Below, one piece after another: positions 26,726-39,924 of a DNA stretch of 64,000 bases. The stretch is from Felis catus (lineage: Eukaryota), in NCBI RefSeq assembly GCF_018350175.1, contig NC_058368.1, positions 216,568,001 to 216,632,000 of the forward strand, read 5' to 3'. Position numbers and translations under genes: made by a program. Each line of letters starts with the position of its first letter. The stretch's first letter is position 1. The notes beneath the pieces were generated by a model. The model was not told the origin of the DNA and ran no database searches. It saw only the letters and a program-made list of their open reading frames with translations.

Positions 26726-27019
26726 TGATGAACTATCTTTAAAAAAAAGTTTCAATATCTATGCCAGTTGAATTGTATTCCTTTAACTTTGTTTTCATTT
26801 CAGATTGGATCGTCCTGTTTCCTGTAAAGACCTAGGATTTCTGAAAAAAAAAATTGAAGTTTTGTGATCACACAAACATATTCCAAAATAATTGAGTTGA
26901 AAATCGGTGTTCAAAGGTCTCATGTTCTTAGAAGAGTTGACAGCTTTTGAAGAAAAAAAATGGGAAAAAAAAACCTTAATGGAAATATGAAAATTATTTG
27001 GTAGAGAATATGAACATTA

Positions 27020-27226
27020 TTTTTTATGGTTATTTATTTTGAGAGAGAAAGAGAGTCAGAGCGAGTGCCAGCAGGAGAGAGAGAGAGAGAGAGGGAGAGA
27101 GAGAGAGAGAGAGAATCTCAAGTACAGATCCTGACAGGGAGGGTCGAACTCACAAACCCATGGGATCATGACCTGAGCAGAAACCAAGAGTCAAACGCTT
27201 AACCGACTGAACCACCCAGCTGTCCC
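27020..27226 (-). mobile_element. Carnivore SINE
   Basis: Reverse-complement SINE with (GA)n. Confidence 0.88.
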
Positions 27227-27515
27227 TAAAAACAGTCTTTTGGAAAAATTAATATACACTGTCCACTAATAATTAATAATAAGTAATTATAAAATGACTT
27301 CTAGGCACTAGAAAAAATTCTAATTGCTTTGCATACATTACTTCATCATAAGATACATGCCCCCATTTTATGGATGAGGAAACAGAATGAATAAATCTAT
27401 GTGAAAATATAACAGAGTCTTGGTTTTAAGATTAATCACAGTTTAGTAAAGGTAATGGGTTGTTATAAACTAAACTGTTTTTTGAATCACTTACTTTTAA
27501 AATCTTATTATCATT

Positions 27516-27672
27516 GGGGCACCTGGGTGATTCAGTGAGTTAATCGTCCGACTTCGGCTTAGGTCATGTTCTCACGGGTTTGTGAGTTTGAGCCCTGCAT
27601 CGGGCTCTCTGTGGTCAGCACAGATCCTACTTTGGACCCTCTATCCTCCTCTCTCTCTGCCTTTTCTTCGTT

Positions 27673-27729
<57 letters not shown>

Positions 27730-27760
27730 AAAATAAAATAAATGAACGGAAAAAAATAAA
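27516..27760 (+). mobile_element. Carnivore SINE with a long (CT)n
   Basis: TSD-like aaaatcttattat. Confidence 0.9.
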
Positions 27761-28369
27761 ATCTTATTATAATTATACTCGAAAAGAGAAAATACTCTTA
27801 GGTGCGCTTAGAGAGAAACATGGTCACATTTCAGGAAGTGGATACCTTTCGGATACCCCTGAATTTTGGAATACTTTCATCACCCCCAAAATAAATTGCA
27901 CACCCTTTAGCAGTGGCTCCCCCAGACCTTCCTCTTCATCACTCCTATCCGACTGATACGTTTTTCAAAACTTAAAAAAAAAAAAAACATGGTGCATCTT
28001 AACCTGCGGCTTCATGCTTTGTGTTTAAGCTAGAAACACTTACTTGCTTTTAGAAGTTTATGAGATTTTTGCTTTGGAGACGACTGCAATGCCAAATATT
28101 GAGAGTTTGATACGAATGTTAAACTAAAGGTGTTATACTAGATATTATAATAAAATTCAACTTTTTCCTCATGTAGCATGTTAAAGATGGCTGCTTCTAC
28201 ATTCTAATCCTTTAAAAATGACTCTGTACTGAATTTGTATGGCAAGTGTGCATTTACCAGAAAACATAAAAGTCATTGAGAGTTCTGCCCTCGCTCACTC
28301 CTTCTCTTGTTGCTTTTCATATCAGGAGATCACGCCTCTTCAGAAATCACTGGAAGGCCCTATGTACCT

Positions 28370-28613
28370 TTATTTATTTATTTATTTTAAGTTTATGCAT
28401 TTATTTTGAAAGAGAGAGAGAGAGAGCGCGAGAGAGCGCGTGCGCACTAGCAGGGGAGGGGCAGAGAGAGACAGAGAGAGAAAGAGTCCCAAATAGGTTC
28501 TGCAAGGGCAGCTCAGAGCCCAATGTGGGGCTCGAACTCATGAACTATGAGATCATAACCTGAGCTGAAACCAAGAGGCAGATGCTTAACAGACTGAGCC
28601 ATCCAGGTGCCCC
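28370..28613 (-). mobile_element. Carnivore SINE
   Basis: Reverse-complement SINE. Confidence 0.9.
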
Positions 28614-28766
28614 CCCCCGCAACCCTGCAGCCAAATTACCAGTGAAGCTACCGTGATAGATTTACAAAGAAACATTTTAGGAGCACTCATGAGAAAGAAA
28701 ATTGCCTTAGGTTGTGAGATGATAGAAAAGAAGAAAAAAGATGCAATAAAGAAGATAGGAAGTCAA

Positions 28767-28985
28767 GGGCGCCTGGGTGGCTTAGTCAGTTAAGCCTCCG
28801 GCTCTGGCTCAGGTCATGATCTCGGGTTTTGTGGGTTTGAACCCCGCATTGTGCTCTGTGCTGAGAGCTCAGAGCCTGGAACCTGCTTCGGATTCTGTGT
28901 CTCCCTCTCTCTCTGCCCTCCCTTACTTTCTCTCTCTCTCTCTCTCTCCCCCTCTCTCCTAAAAATAAACATTTTTTTTTTAAAA
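28767..28985 (+). mobile_element. SINEC_Fc
   Basis: Head, (CT)n and tail. Confidence 0.9.
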
Positions 28986-30079
28986 GAAGGTAGTGAGTCA
29001 AATTCAAAGCACTCTTGTAAGATCGACATCCATGATAGTTTAGCACATTTTTTTTTCAATATATGTTAAGATGACTATGGATTTAAGACGTACCCTACTC
29101 CCGTGCATATTGCTATTTTCGGAAAATGATGACATAGTTCATCACGGTCTCAAGAATGACTGAAATTCAAGGTGAATGTGTGACCAATCTCTCAATTTTA
29201 TAGTGAGTTCTGGAAAAGTTAGCCTTGATCCCTTACTTTATACATTTCATTAAACAACTACCAATGTTTTATTATTTGTGAAGCTGGGCTTAAACCTTTG
29301 CTGAGAAAGAGCAAACCTGTGTTCCTGAGTCACAATCAGAACCAAGTAACTGAAAATCCCTGACTTATTGGTGACTAGGAAGGGAGGGAGTACGTGTGTG
29401 GAAAGAGTATAAATCTTCAAGTCCCTGATAAAGAAGTGTATGCTTTTTTCCCTCTTCGAATGCAACTGGTAGGCTCATGTTAAGCTAGTGCCCATTATCT
29501 TAAAGTGATCTTTTGTCATAAATGTTATTTATTTGTTGTTTAGAACCTTCTCACAGCCATTCAACTAAGTCCAGTGAACATTAGGAGTTTTTCCTAAGTG
29601 ACAAGCAAAAATGCTGGGTTAGGAATACAACAAGGATTAAGAAACTTTCTATATCTTCCAGGTAATAAGAATTAAGCAACGGATATTGGCACATAAGCAA
29701 AGAGTTTTGCGTGAGCAAAAATAAATGCTAAAATAGAAACTTGCACCATTATGCTTTCAAAGCTTAAAATGAGTGGTTGCCCTCCTTTTGTTTTCAAGAA
29801 CTGTACACCTAAACTCAATAGTAAATGTGCGAAAAAAAGAAGAATATAAATAAATATTCCGCTAAGACTGCACGACATTAAAGTAGATGATGGGTGTTAG
29901 CCTTTTGCACCATTTCAGGTGACCTCAAGGAGATATCTGAAACAAGAACCAGAAAGCGATTTGGGCAGAGGCGTGCAGGCACTATTTTTGAGCAATCAGG
30001 TGTGATAGAAACATGTATTAGGATGGCGTAACGGTCTTCCCTGTGTCTATGTGGAAATCGGGAAACCTTTTTTACAACC

Positions 30080-30312
30080 AAACAACCAAACAAATTATAG
30101 CCGATGACACACAATTATACCTTGGAGAACTGCTCGCAAGCAAATATACCCCATCCCCCCCCCCCTTTTTTTTTGCCATCTCTGTAAGCTAACAAGCTTC
30201 GGACCAGTTCTTCAGAGCAATCTGATGTCTCCTGGGCTCTAGTCTCCATCAGACGACGAATAAAGCATGTACTAATCTATTTGGAGGTTGGCTTTTTTTT
30301 TTTTCAGTCAAC
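30080..30312 (+). mobile_element. ERV1 LTR 3' part (MER34-like)
   Basis: gttcttcagagcaatctga...gtctcctgggct...gaataaa...tttttttttcagtcaaca end. Confidence 0.55.
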
Positions 30313-31374
30313 AATTATCTGAAGGTCAAAATATGAAACATTAGCCTGTAGTATATAAGGCCAGGTTAATGGCAATGATTTTATATAATTATGTTATTGT
30401 CTGAGGAAAGGAACAGTGAGGTAAGGCATGGAACTGTAGGCTGGGGAGAAATCCATCCATTCCTGAAGCAAGGGTGCAAGGCCAGGTGAGTTAACCTGCC
30501 TGGTTGGAAACTTGATGTCTCCTAATTACTTGGGTGTCCTTGGCCAAGTGCTTACTTCTCTCAACCTAAGTTCTTCATCTATAAATGTGTCTGAAAGCTT
30601 ATACAAGTAATAGAAGCTTCTCTCTCTTTCTGCCCCTCCCCCACTTGCACTCTGCCTCTGTCTCTCTCAAAAAATGAATAAACATTAAAAAATGTAAAAA
30701 AGGAAATAACTACTTTTGCTATCCCACTAATGTTTATTTGTTCACGCTGTGCATCAATTAATATTTAAAACAAGTGCCCTTTGACTGGTATTCAAGTGAC
30801 AATTTTTGCTTGTGATTATCAATGTTGACCTCTTTATATCATGATAAATTAGACATTCTTTCACGAGTTTCAACTCAGAATATTTGGTTCTAGTGAACTT
30901 TACTTCAACACTTTTAGACTTGCTACATTACAATATATCTAATTTATAGTTTTCTAGTCACTTGATGTTCAGCTACTTAAATACTGCAAGATAAAACTTA
31001 AGAAGTTAGGCTTCACGTTCACTATTTCTCAAGGTTTAGAGAAGCACAAGCGATTGGAGAATACTAACAAGTTTAGCCTTCGGCATGCAAAGTACCAGGG
31101 TTCACTGTCATGATTTCTTCTGGGCTGGGAGTAAAGGAAGGGGGGCAGGGAGATCATTTCTAATCTAAAGAGCTCCTCAGAGCAGAAGGAGCATTGCATG
31201 GGGATAGAGGCATAAGAGAGGACCACAATTCCCCCACTTGCTCTGTGGTTGGTTAACAGCTTTGCTACGCGTCTGGATACATTTACCATCAGTCCCCTTG
31301 GTTGGTGATGGGGAGTCATGGACGTGGCCTCAGTGATCTGAGAGCAAGACAACTGGGCCCCTAGAAAGATCTCT

Positions 31375-31463
31375 TTTTTTTCTGTTTCTTTCTTTTCTTG
31401 TTTGGTTTTGTTTTGTTTTGTTTTTAGAACACACGCGTGTGAGTGGGGAAATGGAGCAGAGGG

Positions 31464-31503
<40 letters not shown>

Positions 31504-31591
31504 CTTAAGTCGGCTTCACACAGTGCTGAGCCCAGTGCAGGGCTCACTCCCATGACCCTGGGATCATGACCTGAGCCAAAATCAAGAATCA
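31375..31591 (-). mobile_element. Carnivore SINE (head partly missing)
   Basis: Reverse-complement SINE with (GA)n. Confidence 0.85.
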
Positions 31592-31726
31592 AACTCCTGT
31601 AGAAGGATATCTTTTATAAAAGCACGAACCTTGGAGGCACCATAAATCCACAATGCAGGAGATTTAACAGGCCATGAAATGCATTCACTCACAATGTTGG
31701 AATAATTAATAACACGACGAAAGGAG

Positions 31727-31953
31727 GGGGCGCCTGGGAGGCTCAGTGGGTTAAGCATCAGACTTCGGCTCAGGTCAGGACCTCAGCAGTTTGTGAGTTC
31801 AAGTCCTGCCAGGGGTTCTGCGCTGACAGCTCAGAGCCTGGAGCCCTCTTCGCATTCTGTGTTTCTCTCTCTCTCTCTCTGCCCCTTCCAGCTCAAGCTC
31901 TGACTCTCCCTCTCTCTCAAAAATAAACATTTAAAAAAATTAAAAAAAAAAAA
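31727..31953 (+). mobile_element. SINEC_Fc
   Basis: Head, (CT)n and tail. Confidence 0.9.
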
Positions 31954-32036
31954 CAGGTGGAATGCGCAGCTTCTTAAAGTAAGCCTCAGAATGAATCAGA
32001 AACAGAGCCAAAATCAAGTCTCAGCCAATGCAGAAA

Positions 32037-32078
32037 GGGCGGGGTGGGGGTGGGGGTGGGGGTGGGGGAGGGTAGGGG
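32037..32078 (+). repeat. (GGGGGT)n G-run tract, G-quadruplex-capable
   Basis: gggcggggtgggggtgggggtgggggtgggggagggtagggg. Confidence 0.8.
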
Positions 32079-32149
32079 ACATTAAGGAAAATCAGTGGTA
32101 AGACGATAATGAATGGAACATGGAGGCAGGTGTCTTCACAAGTGTGTCC

Positions 32150-33250
32150 AATGGGAAAATATATTGCCAGACAACTATAGAAAAATGCTGTATTTATTTT
32201 TTAGAAAACTAGCATGAAAAAAGACAGAAAAGAACCAAATTTTAACGAAAACCTGATTCAAGGTACAGAAAAAAATTTCCCATAGAGATTTATTGATAAA
32301 ATATATCAATTGATAAAATATATCAAATATAAAAATTGGGTTAAGTCCATTGAGTATAAAGCGAACCTCACACAGAACTAAGGAACGATTAGACATGCAA
32401 GGAAATGAATGGATACAGCTGAAAATAGACTCAGTGACAAAAAGAAAAGGAAAAACTTCCAAAAGGATGTAGTTTAAAGAAATTAGGAATAAGGTAACAG
32501 ATAATGAGGACAGAAAAAAAAATCCCACTTAAAGATAATTGGTGTTTCTAGGCACCTTAACAGTGAGAAGGAAAAGATTTTAAAATAACATTTTTCTGAA
32601 AGGAAATTCATAAAAGAAGGAATCACTGAATTTGAAGCCTCCAAGAGCTCACTGGAAGTGATACGGATAATTGACACTGAAACATATCCATTTTAAGTTG
32701 CAGAACGTCAGGAATAAAAAAAAAAAAAAAGAATTTAGGCAACCAACCAGTCAGAAGGAAAAAAAAATTCACTTCTGTGGGGTGAAATTCAAGCTGGGCC
32801 CAGATCTCTTGTGAGTGCCAATCAATGCCAGGAGACAAATGAGCCATCAGCACAGTTTTCAGATAAATAAAATATGACCCCATTTTAACTAGGTGTTGTT
32901 CAACTCTAAAAACAGAATATGTACATTGTCAAACCTGAAAAGTTGAAAAACAAAATCTAAAACCCGTTGGTCTTTCTTGATGACAAAATCCAACCAAACA
33001 GAATCACTCTTACAGAAACAAGCAAGGGACTGAGTGCCATTTCTTCATAGAAGACAAAGGCGTTGTGTCTGAAAAGTTCTGAGACAGAGTGTGAAATAAA
33101 CATTTTCTACCCAGTCTTTTTATTTATTTATTTTTTTAACCGAATAAAGGCAGCGCTCAAGCCTTCACAAGCATGCAGAAACCCATGCGGGAGCATCGGC
33201 AAATTGCTCTCACAAATACTAAAAACAAAGCAAAACAACAAACACGTTAG
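32150..33250 (+). mobile_element. HAL1/L1 ORF1-like relic
   Basis: Purine-rich ORF1-like text (ataattggtgtttctagg...aattcaagctgggcccagatctct...aatgccaggagacaaatg). Confidence 0.5.
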
Positions 33251-34286
33251 ACAATTAAATCCAAGAAGCTAAGATCAATGTGACAAAACAGCTTGTGACC
33301 AGAGAAGCTTTAGCAAAGAGACTGAAGCGTGTGCTGAATTGCTGGGAGAGCTCGAACATGCACTACTGAGGAACGCTGAGAAACATGACGACTTTGGTAC
33401 AATTGAATTGCTATCAATGAAGTGATGGGAAATATCAGAGATATTCTAGCATTTTCTTTACTTGTTATAAATGTGAGAATAATTTTCAAACAGGTGTGGA
33501 TGAAGTAATGTAGATTCTGAAACCATCTCTATTTGTCTTTATATGGTAAGAGGACTTTTTAATCTATTTTAAAATATAATTTCCATGAGACAACTGTGGA
33601 ACTTAAGGTTATAGCAGAAACATTTAACAGAAATGATGAAAATTGGAAGATAATGGGTGGAAATGTGGGAGGAAATTCAGGTGAGCTAATTCTCTGATCT
33701 TTCAAAGAAGGATTCAATCCTGATTCAAATTATGTAGCTTTTTATATTAAAAAAAAGAGATAATGTTCCAAACTCTTATTTTTTTCATAATCTACTTTCG
33801 TTTAACTTTAGAAGAATGTTTAAGAAAAACCTTGTATCTGAATAATATAAATTCATGTCTGATATTCATTATGCCTTTCAGTGTTACTTCAGCTTCTTTT
33901 ATAGTTCAAATCCAAGTAAAAATATTTTTATCAATATAGAATGCATCTTATAATTATTCCCTACGAAAGCACAACTTAACTAAAGATAGATATGAATACA
34001 TCATTAGGCAAGTGATCTCAGGGAACAATGGTGAATAACAGTAGGAAAAAAAAAAAACAGAACTAGAGGGAAGGCCAAAACAAAGAGGTATTATTTCCAC
34101 CACGATGGGCTATTGATTACAAGATACCAGGGGACTGAGAAGTAGTTTGAAGTAGGTCTCAAAACTAGGAAACTAAAGAAGAATCCATTGATCCATCGGC
34201 AACCATTCCATAGTTTTTAAAGATTTACTCCATATTTCCCGAATTCCCCTCCACTTTGTAAATGTTAAGGCAGCCAGGTTGTACTA

Positions 34287-34398
34287 AGAGTGATTAGCTG
34301 TACTGGTTTTCCTGGGACTGCGGGTTTCCTGGGAGACTTTTGGGGCTACAAAATAGGAAAGGCTAGGGAATACTGGAATCAGTTGGTCTGTTCATCCT
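34287..34398 (+). mobile_element. MER81-like hAT MITE
   Basis: gtgattagctgtactggttttcctgggactg...gggtttcctggga...agttggtc. Confidence 0.55.
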
Positions 34399-34757
34399 AG
34401 TTATATCTTAACCTCGTGCCTTCGTGCCAACAGAGAAGCCACATGGTGAAGGCAAAAGTTATATGATATGGACTTGAGGAAAGCTTCTTTTATGTTCACC
34501 AAGTCCTCTCAGTGGTAGCTGGAATAAGAGAGATTAAAAGAGAGAGCACCTGCGGTGATATATAGAAACAGGACACCATTTGTAACACGAAGATATTGCG
34601 TTCTTCCAATAGTTCTACATGTCATGTTACAAATGAGTCCTGCATTGTTGGGAGAAAAATTGCCATCATTTCTCTCAGAGAGGGAAAGTGTGAGTACTAT
34701 CTATCACAGATATCCCTTAAAGTATCCAGGCACATTTTTTTAAAGTTTTATTTATTA

Positions 34758-34924
34758 GGGTGCCTGGGTGGCTCAGTTGGTTGAGCATCCAACTCTTGAT
34801 TTTGGCTCAGGTCATGATCTCACGGTTCATGGGACTGAGCCCTGTGTCAGGCTCTGTGCTGACAGTGTGCAGAGCCTGGATGGGATTCTCTCTTCCCTTC
34901 TGTCTCTGCCCCTCCCCTGCTCAT

Positions 34925-34979
<55 letters not shown>

Positions 34980-35119
34980 AAAAAAAAATAAAAAAATAAA
35001 TAAACATTAAAAAATAAATACAAGTTTTATTTAAGTAACGTCTACCCCCAAAATGGGGCTCGAACTCACAACCCCAGGATAAAGAGTTGCATGCTCTTTG
35101 GACTGAGCAAGCCAGGCAG
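34758..35119. mobile_element. Tail-to-tail SINE pair (+ 34758-35020 with (CT)n(CA)n; short - copy 35024-35119)
   Basis: Two SINE heads in opposite orientation. Confidence 0.88.
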
Positions 35120-35579
35120 CTATAACTTTTGAATGGCTTAAGGCAAGAAAGTTACTGAAAAAGCAACAGTTCACCCTTGTAGGTGACTGGGAAATCTGAG
35201 TGATTGATACATGTAATTTGCACAACATTTCATAACTGTTTGTCTAATCCTGAATTGTGTTATTTTTATATACAGTCAACTTATGATGTGTCAGTTGACA
35301 CATCAACATGTAGGCGCAATGCCTACAGGACTTTATGACTCAGTGATCTGATAATGCCCAGTTGATGATGGGCAGCTGTGGTCACATGATCATTTGATAT
35401 CCTAAAGTCATGCTTAATTAGAACCCAGTGTCATGTGAGCAGTTGTTATTCAAACTAAGAGTAATTTGCTTCCATAGAAACCAAGACCTCTTTCCCTAAC
35501 CATAGGATTCTTCAGTTAGACTTTCTAATTAGGACATAATAAGTGCTTCCTTTCTCTCATATTTCCCAGCTTGTTCATA

Positions 35580-37895
35580 GGACCAGATGGTTTCACTGGT
35601 GAATTCAATCAAACATTATAAGAATACCAATCCTTCTTAAATACTTCCAAAACATAGCTGAGGAGGGAACACCTCCAGCTTCGTTTTATAAGGACAGCAT
35701 TATCTGATATCAAAGCTGGACAAGGATATTACAAGAAAAGAAAATTATAGGTCTATATCCGTAATGAACATGCATGGAAAAATCCTCAATAAAATATAAT
35801 CAAACCAAATTCGGTAGTGGATTAAAAGGATCATACATCATGAACGAATGGAATTTATCCCTGGATGTCAGGATGGATCGATATCTGCCAATCAATCAAG
35901 TTGATACACATTAACAAAATGGAGGGTAAAATCATATGATCACCTCAGTAGATGCAGTTAAAAAGCATTTGACAAAACTCAACATCCATTTATGATAAAA
36001 ACTCTCAACAAAATGAGTATAGAGGGATCATACTTCAACAGAATAAAGGTCATATATGACAAGCCTAGAGCTGACATCATTCTCAATAGTGAAAAGCTAA
36101 GAAGTTTCATACTATGATCAGGAACAAGACAAGGATGACCACCCTTCCCACTTTTATTTAAAATACTACTTGAAGGGGCGCCTGGGTGGCTCAGTCAGTT
36201 AAGCCTCCGACTTCGGCTCAGGTCATGATCTCACGGTCCATGAGTTCAAGCCCCACATCAGGCTCTGTGCTGACAGCTCAGAGCCTGGAGCCTGCTTCAG
36301 ATTCTGTGTCTCCCTCTCTCTCTGACCCTCCCCCATTCATGCTCTGTCTCTCTCTGTCTCAAAAATAAATAAACATTAAAAAAATTAAGAAAAAATAAAA
36401 AAATACTACTTGAAGCCCTAACCAGAGAAATTACACATGGAAAGAAATAAAAGTCATCCAGATCAGAAAGGAAGAAGTAAAAATGTTTTTGTTTGTAGAT
36501 AACATGATATTATATATATATAAAATATGTAAGACTTTCCAAAAGCTGTTCAAACTAGTAAACAATTTCAATAAAGTTGCAGGATAAAAAATCAATATAC
36601 AAAGATCAGCTATGTTTCTATATACTAATAATAACTATAAAAAATTTTAAGAAAAAATTCATTTACAATTGCATCAAAAAGAATAAAATATTTAGGAATA
36701 AATTGAACCCAAGGAGGTGAAAGATTTATACATCAGAGAGCTGTTTCAGATTGATCTTGACCAAGTTTTCATGAGTTCATTGGTTACTTGGATGTCTTCT
36801 CTGGAAAAAATATCTGATTAGTTCCTCTGCCCATTTTTTAATTGGACTGTTTGTGGTTTTGGATTGAGTTATAGGAGTTCTTCATATACTTTTGACATTA
36901 ACCCCTTATCCCTTATATAATTTGGAAATATTTTCTCCCATTCCATAGCTTGTCTTTTATTTTGTTGATTATCTTCTGCTATGGAGAAACTTCTATAGTT
37001 TTATGTAGTTCCACTGATTTTTTCCTTTGTTGCTTGTGCTTTTGATGTCAAATCCAAAAAATCATTGCCGAGACCAATGTCAAGGAGCTTCCTCCATATG
37101 TTTTCTTCCAGAAACTTTATGATATCAGGTCATATGTTAAAGTGTAATCCATTTCCTGTTCATTTTTCTGAGTGTGGTAAGGTAAGAGTCAAATTTTATT
37201 TTTCCATGTAATTATCCAGTTTTCTCAACACCATTTATTGAAGATTATTCCTTCCCCATTGAAAATAGAATACCAAAAAGATATCTGCACTCTCATGTTT
37301 CTTGTGACATTATTTGCACTATTCAAAATGTGAAAAATTTGAAATGTTTGTCGATAATGAATGAACAAAGATGTATCAGATATATACAATAGAATATTAC
37401 TCAGCCATAAAAAGGAAATTCTGCCATTCATGACAACATGGATAGACCTTGAGGGCATTATACTGAGTGAAATAAGTAAGACACAGAAAGAATAAATAAT
37501 GTATGATATCACTTACATGTAGAATTGAAAAAAAAAAAAACTTGTGAAAACAGAGAGTAGAATGCTGGTTACCAAGGACCAGGGGATGAGGGACAGTGGA
37601 GACATTATTTAATAGTACAAATTTACAATTAGTAGATAAATAAGTCTTGGGGATCTAAAGCACACCATTGTGATTATAGTCCACAATACTGTATTATAAA
37701 ACTTCAGAGTTGCTAAGAGACTAGATCCCAATTGTTCTCATCACAAAAGAAATGATAATTATGTGACATGATAAAGATATTAGGTGATAATATGGGGGTT
37801 ATAGTATTGCAATATCTAAATGCATCAAATCGACACACTGTAGCTCTCAAATGTATACGATGTTCTGTGTCAATTATATCTGAATAAAAAAAAAG
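35580..37895 (+). mobile_element. LINE-1 (L1MA/carnivore type), ORF2 RT to 3'UTR, with an internal inverted segment (~36740-37261) and a SINE insert
   Basis: ggaccagatggtttcactggtgaattc...aaagcatttgacaaaactcaacatccatt...ttgtttgtagataacatgat; antisense ORF2 block; 3'UTR ending caattatatctgaataaaaaaa. Confidence 0.88.
36175..36402 (+). mobile_element. SINEC_Fc
   Basis: TSD aaaatactacttgaag. Confidence 0.95.
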
Positions 37896-38018
37896 GAAAA
37901 AAATATTGGTTGAATTAAGTTGGTTATCAGAATTGATGCATGTGTCATTTTAGCAGTCCCTTCTAGTCTAAGATCCAAAATTCAGTTGTACAGTGGTAAA
38001 CTTAAAACAAGTATTTAT

Positions 38019-38118
38019 GGGGACACCTGGCTGGCTCAGTCAGTAGAGTGACCAACTCTTGATCTTGGAGTTGTGATTTCAAGCCCCATGTTGGGTGCAG
38101 AGATTACTTTAAAAAAAG
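38019..38118 (+). mobile_element. Short carnivore SINE
   Basis: ggggacacctggctggctcagtcagtagag...gagattactttaaaa. Confidence 0.85.
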
Positions 38119-38384
38119 TATTTTGAAAATTCCTGCATATAAAATTCATGTAGACACAGGTAACACACACACATCGTCCTTTGTACATTTACTTTAAATA
38201 GAAAATAAAATAAGCAGGTTAGTAGTTTCAAAGTTGAGGTCTTATTCATTTTTGGAAGTTCTGCTTGAGATCATTTTTTCCAATTTGATATGAAAATCTA
38301 TATACTATATGTTGGTTGACACTGGCCTAAAAAAATCTACCAAATCTGAAAGCTCCATACTACTAATAATATTAAGCTATATCA

Positions 38385-38848
38385 TGAGCTGAATTGTATC
38401 ACCAAAAAAGGAATATATATATATGTATATTCCTCAAACCTGGAATGTCTGTGATCCAAATAATGGAAATGGCGGTTTCTGCAAATGTAGTCAAGTTAGG
38501 GTGAGGCCCCCCTGGATTAGGGTGTACTCTAAATCCAATGACTTTCATCCTTATAAGGAGAGAGGGACACAGAGAAAGGAAACAGGGAAAAAGGCTGTGT
38601 GTGGATGAAAACAGAGATTGGAGTAAAGGAACCCTAAGTCAAGCAACGCTAAGTATTTTCCAGAAACCACCAGAAGCTGGGAAGAGACAAGCAAGTATCC
38701 TCCTCTAGAGTCTTCAGGAGAACATGGCTCCCACTGACATCTCAGTTTCAGACTTCTAGCCACCAGAACCGGGAGAAAATAAATTTCTTTTGCTTTAAAC
38801 ATTATACTTTTGGTACCTTATTAGAGCAGTTAGAGAATACTAATACAG
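38385..38848 (+). mobile_element. MaLR LTR (MLT1B/C-like)
   Basis: ctgaattgtatc...ggattagggtgtactctaaatccaatgac...ccaccagaagctgggaagagacaag...cagcagttagagaatactaataca. Confidence 0.8.
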
Positions 38849-39556
38849 TATATGCAATACAGTTGCAAGTGATGTCCCAGTTAGACAAACATTTCTTTGA
38901 CTTGTGCTTGCGTGTAAGGGCATTTGCCATACCTTTATGATCTGCAATTTATGGTACTGCTTCTGTGATCAGAGGTATTATATGAGCTTTACAACAGCAA
39001 CAACAAAAAGTATTGGATGAAGGAACGGCACTGTTTATCATGAAAGACAATTAGAAAACTCTTCTCAGACGGGGTTACACACGGAGAATGTAAAACTTCT
39101 CTAAAAATATAGTAGACTAAAAGCATTTTACTTTAACCTCATCTTTCTCAACCTATGGGAAATGCCTTAAAGAGCAAAAAAAAAAGTAGCAAATTTGAGC
39201 TTTAATACAATAGAAAAATATCAGAATTTCAAAATACAAACTGAATTACACTAACCAATGTGAAATGTAAACCTCAACAAGAGTGCACATGTTTATTTTC
39301 ATAAATTCCTTCAGCCCCCAAGATATTAATATATTTATATAAAATTATCATATCCTGCATAACCTCTACAAATTAGAGCTAAAATATCAAAAGTTATGGG
39401 AAGGCTATGGGTAGAGTAGAATATATCCTGTTGGGACCCAGCCATTTGCAACAGAAGAGTAAATAGTTGGAAAATAAAAACAAGGTAACAAGCCATTTTG
39501 CATATTTTCTACCATAGCTTGATTGCTTCTGTGAAAGCTGAATAGAGAAGTATTGC

Positions 39557-39924
39557 TGTAAACTAAAAGTAGCATCCCCCACAAAATTCATATGTCAAAA
39601 CTTAATTTCCAGTGTGTTAGTATTTGGAGGTGGGACCTTTGAGAGGTGATTAGGTGAAAAGTGTGGAGCCCTTGTGAATGAATAATACCCTTATAAAAGA
39701 AGCCAGAGAGAAATCTCTCCTCCTTCCTCCCTCCACCATATGAGGACACAGTAAAAACATCATCTGTCTATGAACCAGAAACAAGCCAACCCCAAATATC
39801 AAATTTGTGGGCATATTGACCTTCAGGGTTCCATCTTCCAGAATTCTGAGAAAAAAAGTTTCTGTTCTTTATATGCCCTCTGGTATATGGTATTTTGTTA
39901 TCGCAGCCCAAAGGGATTAAGACT
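39557..39924 (+). mobile_element. MaLR LTR (MLT1A/MST-like)
   Basis: cccccacaaaattcatatgtc...gtatttggaggtgggacctttgagaggtgattaggt...ggtattttgttatcgcagcccaaagggattaagac. Confidence 0.8.

Noticed and set aside
26780..26850. Acceptor-like ttgttttcatttcag
   Set aside because: No matching donor or recognisable protein; expected by chance in AT-rich DNA.
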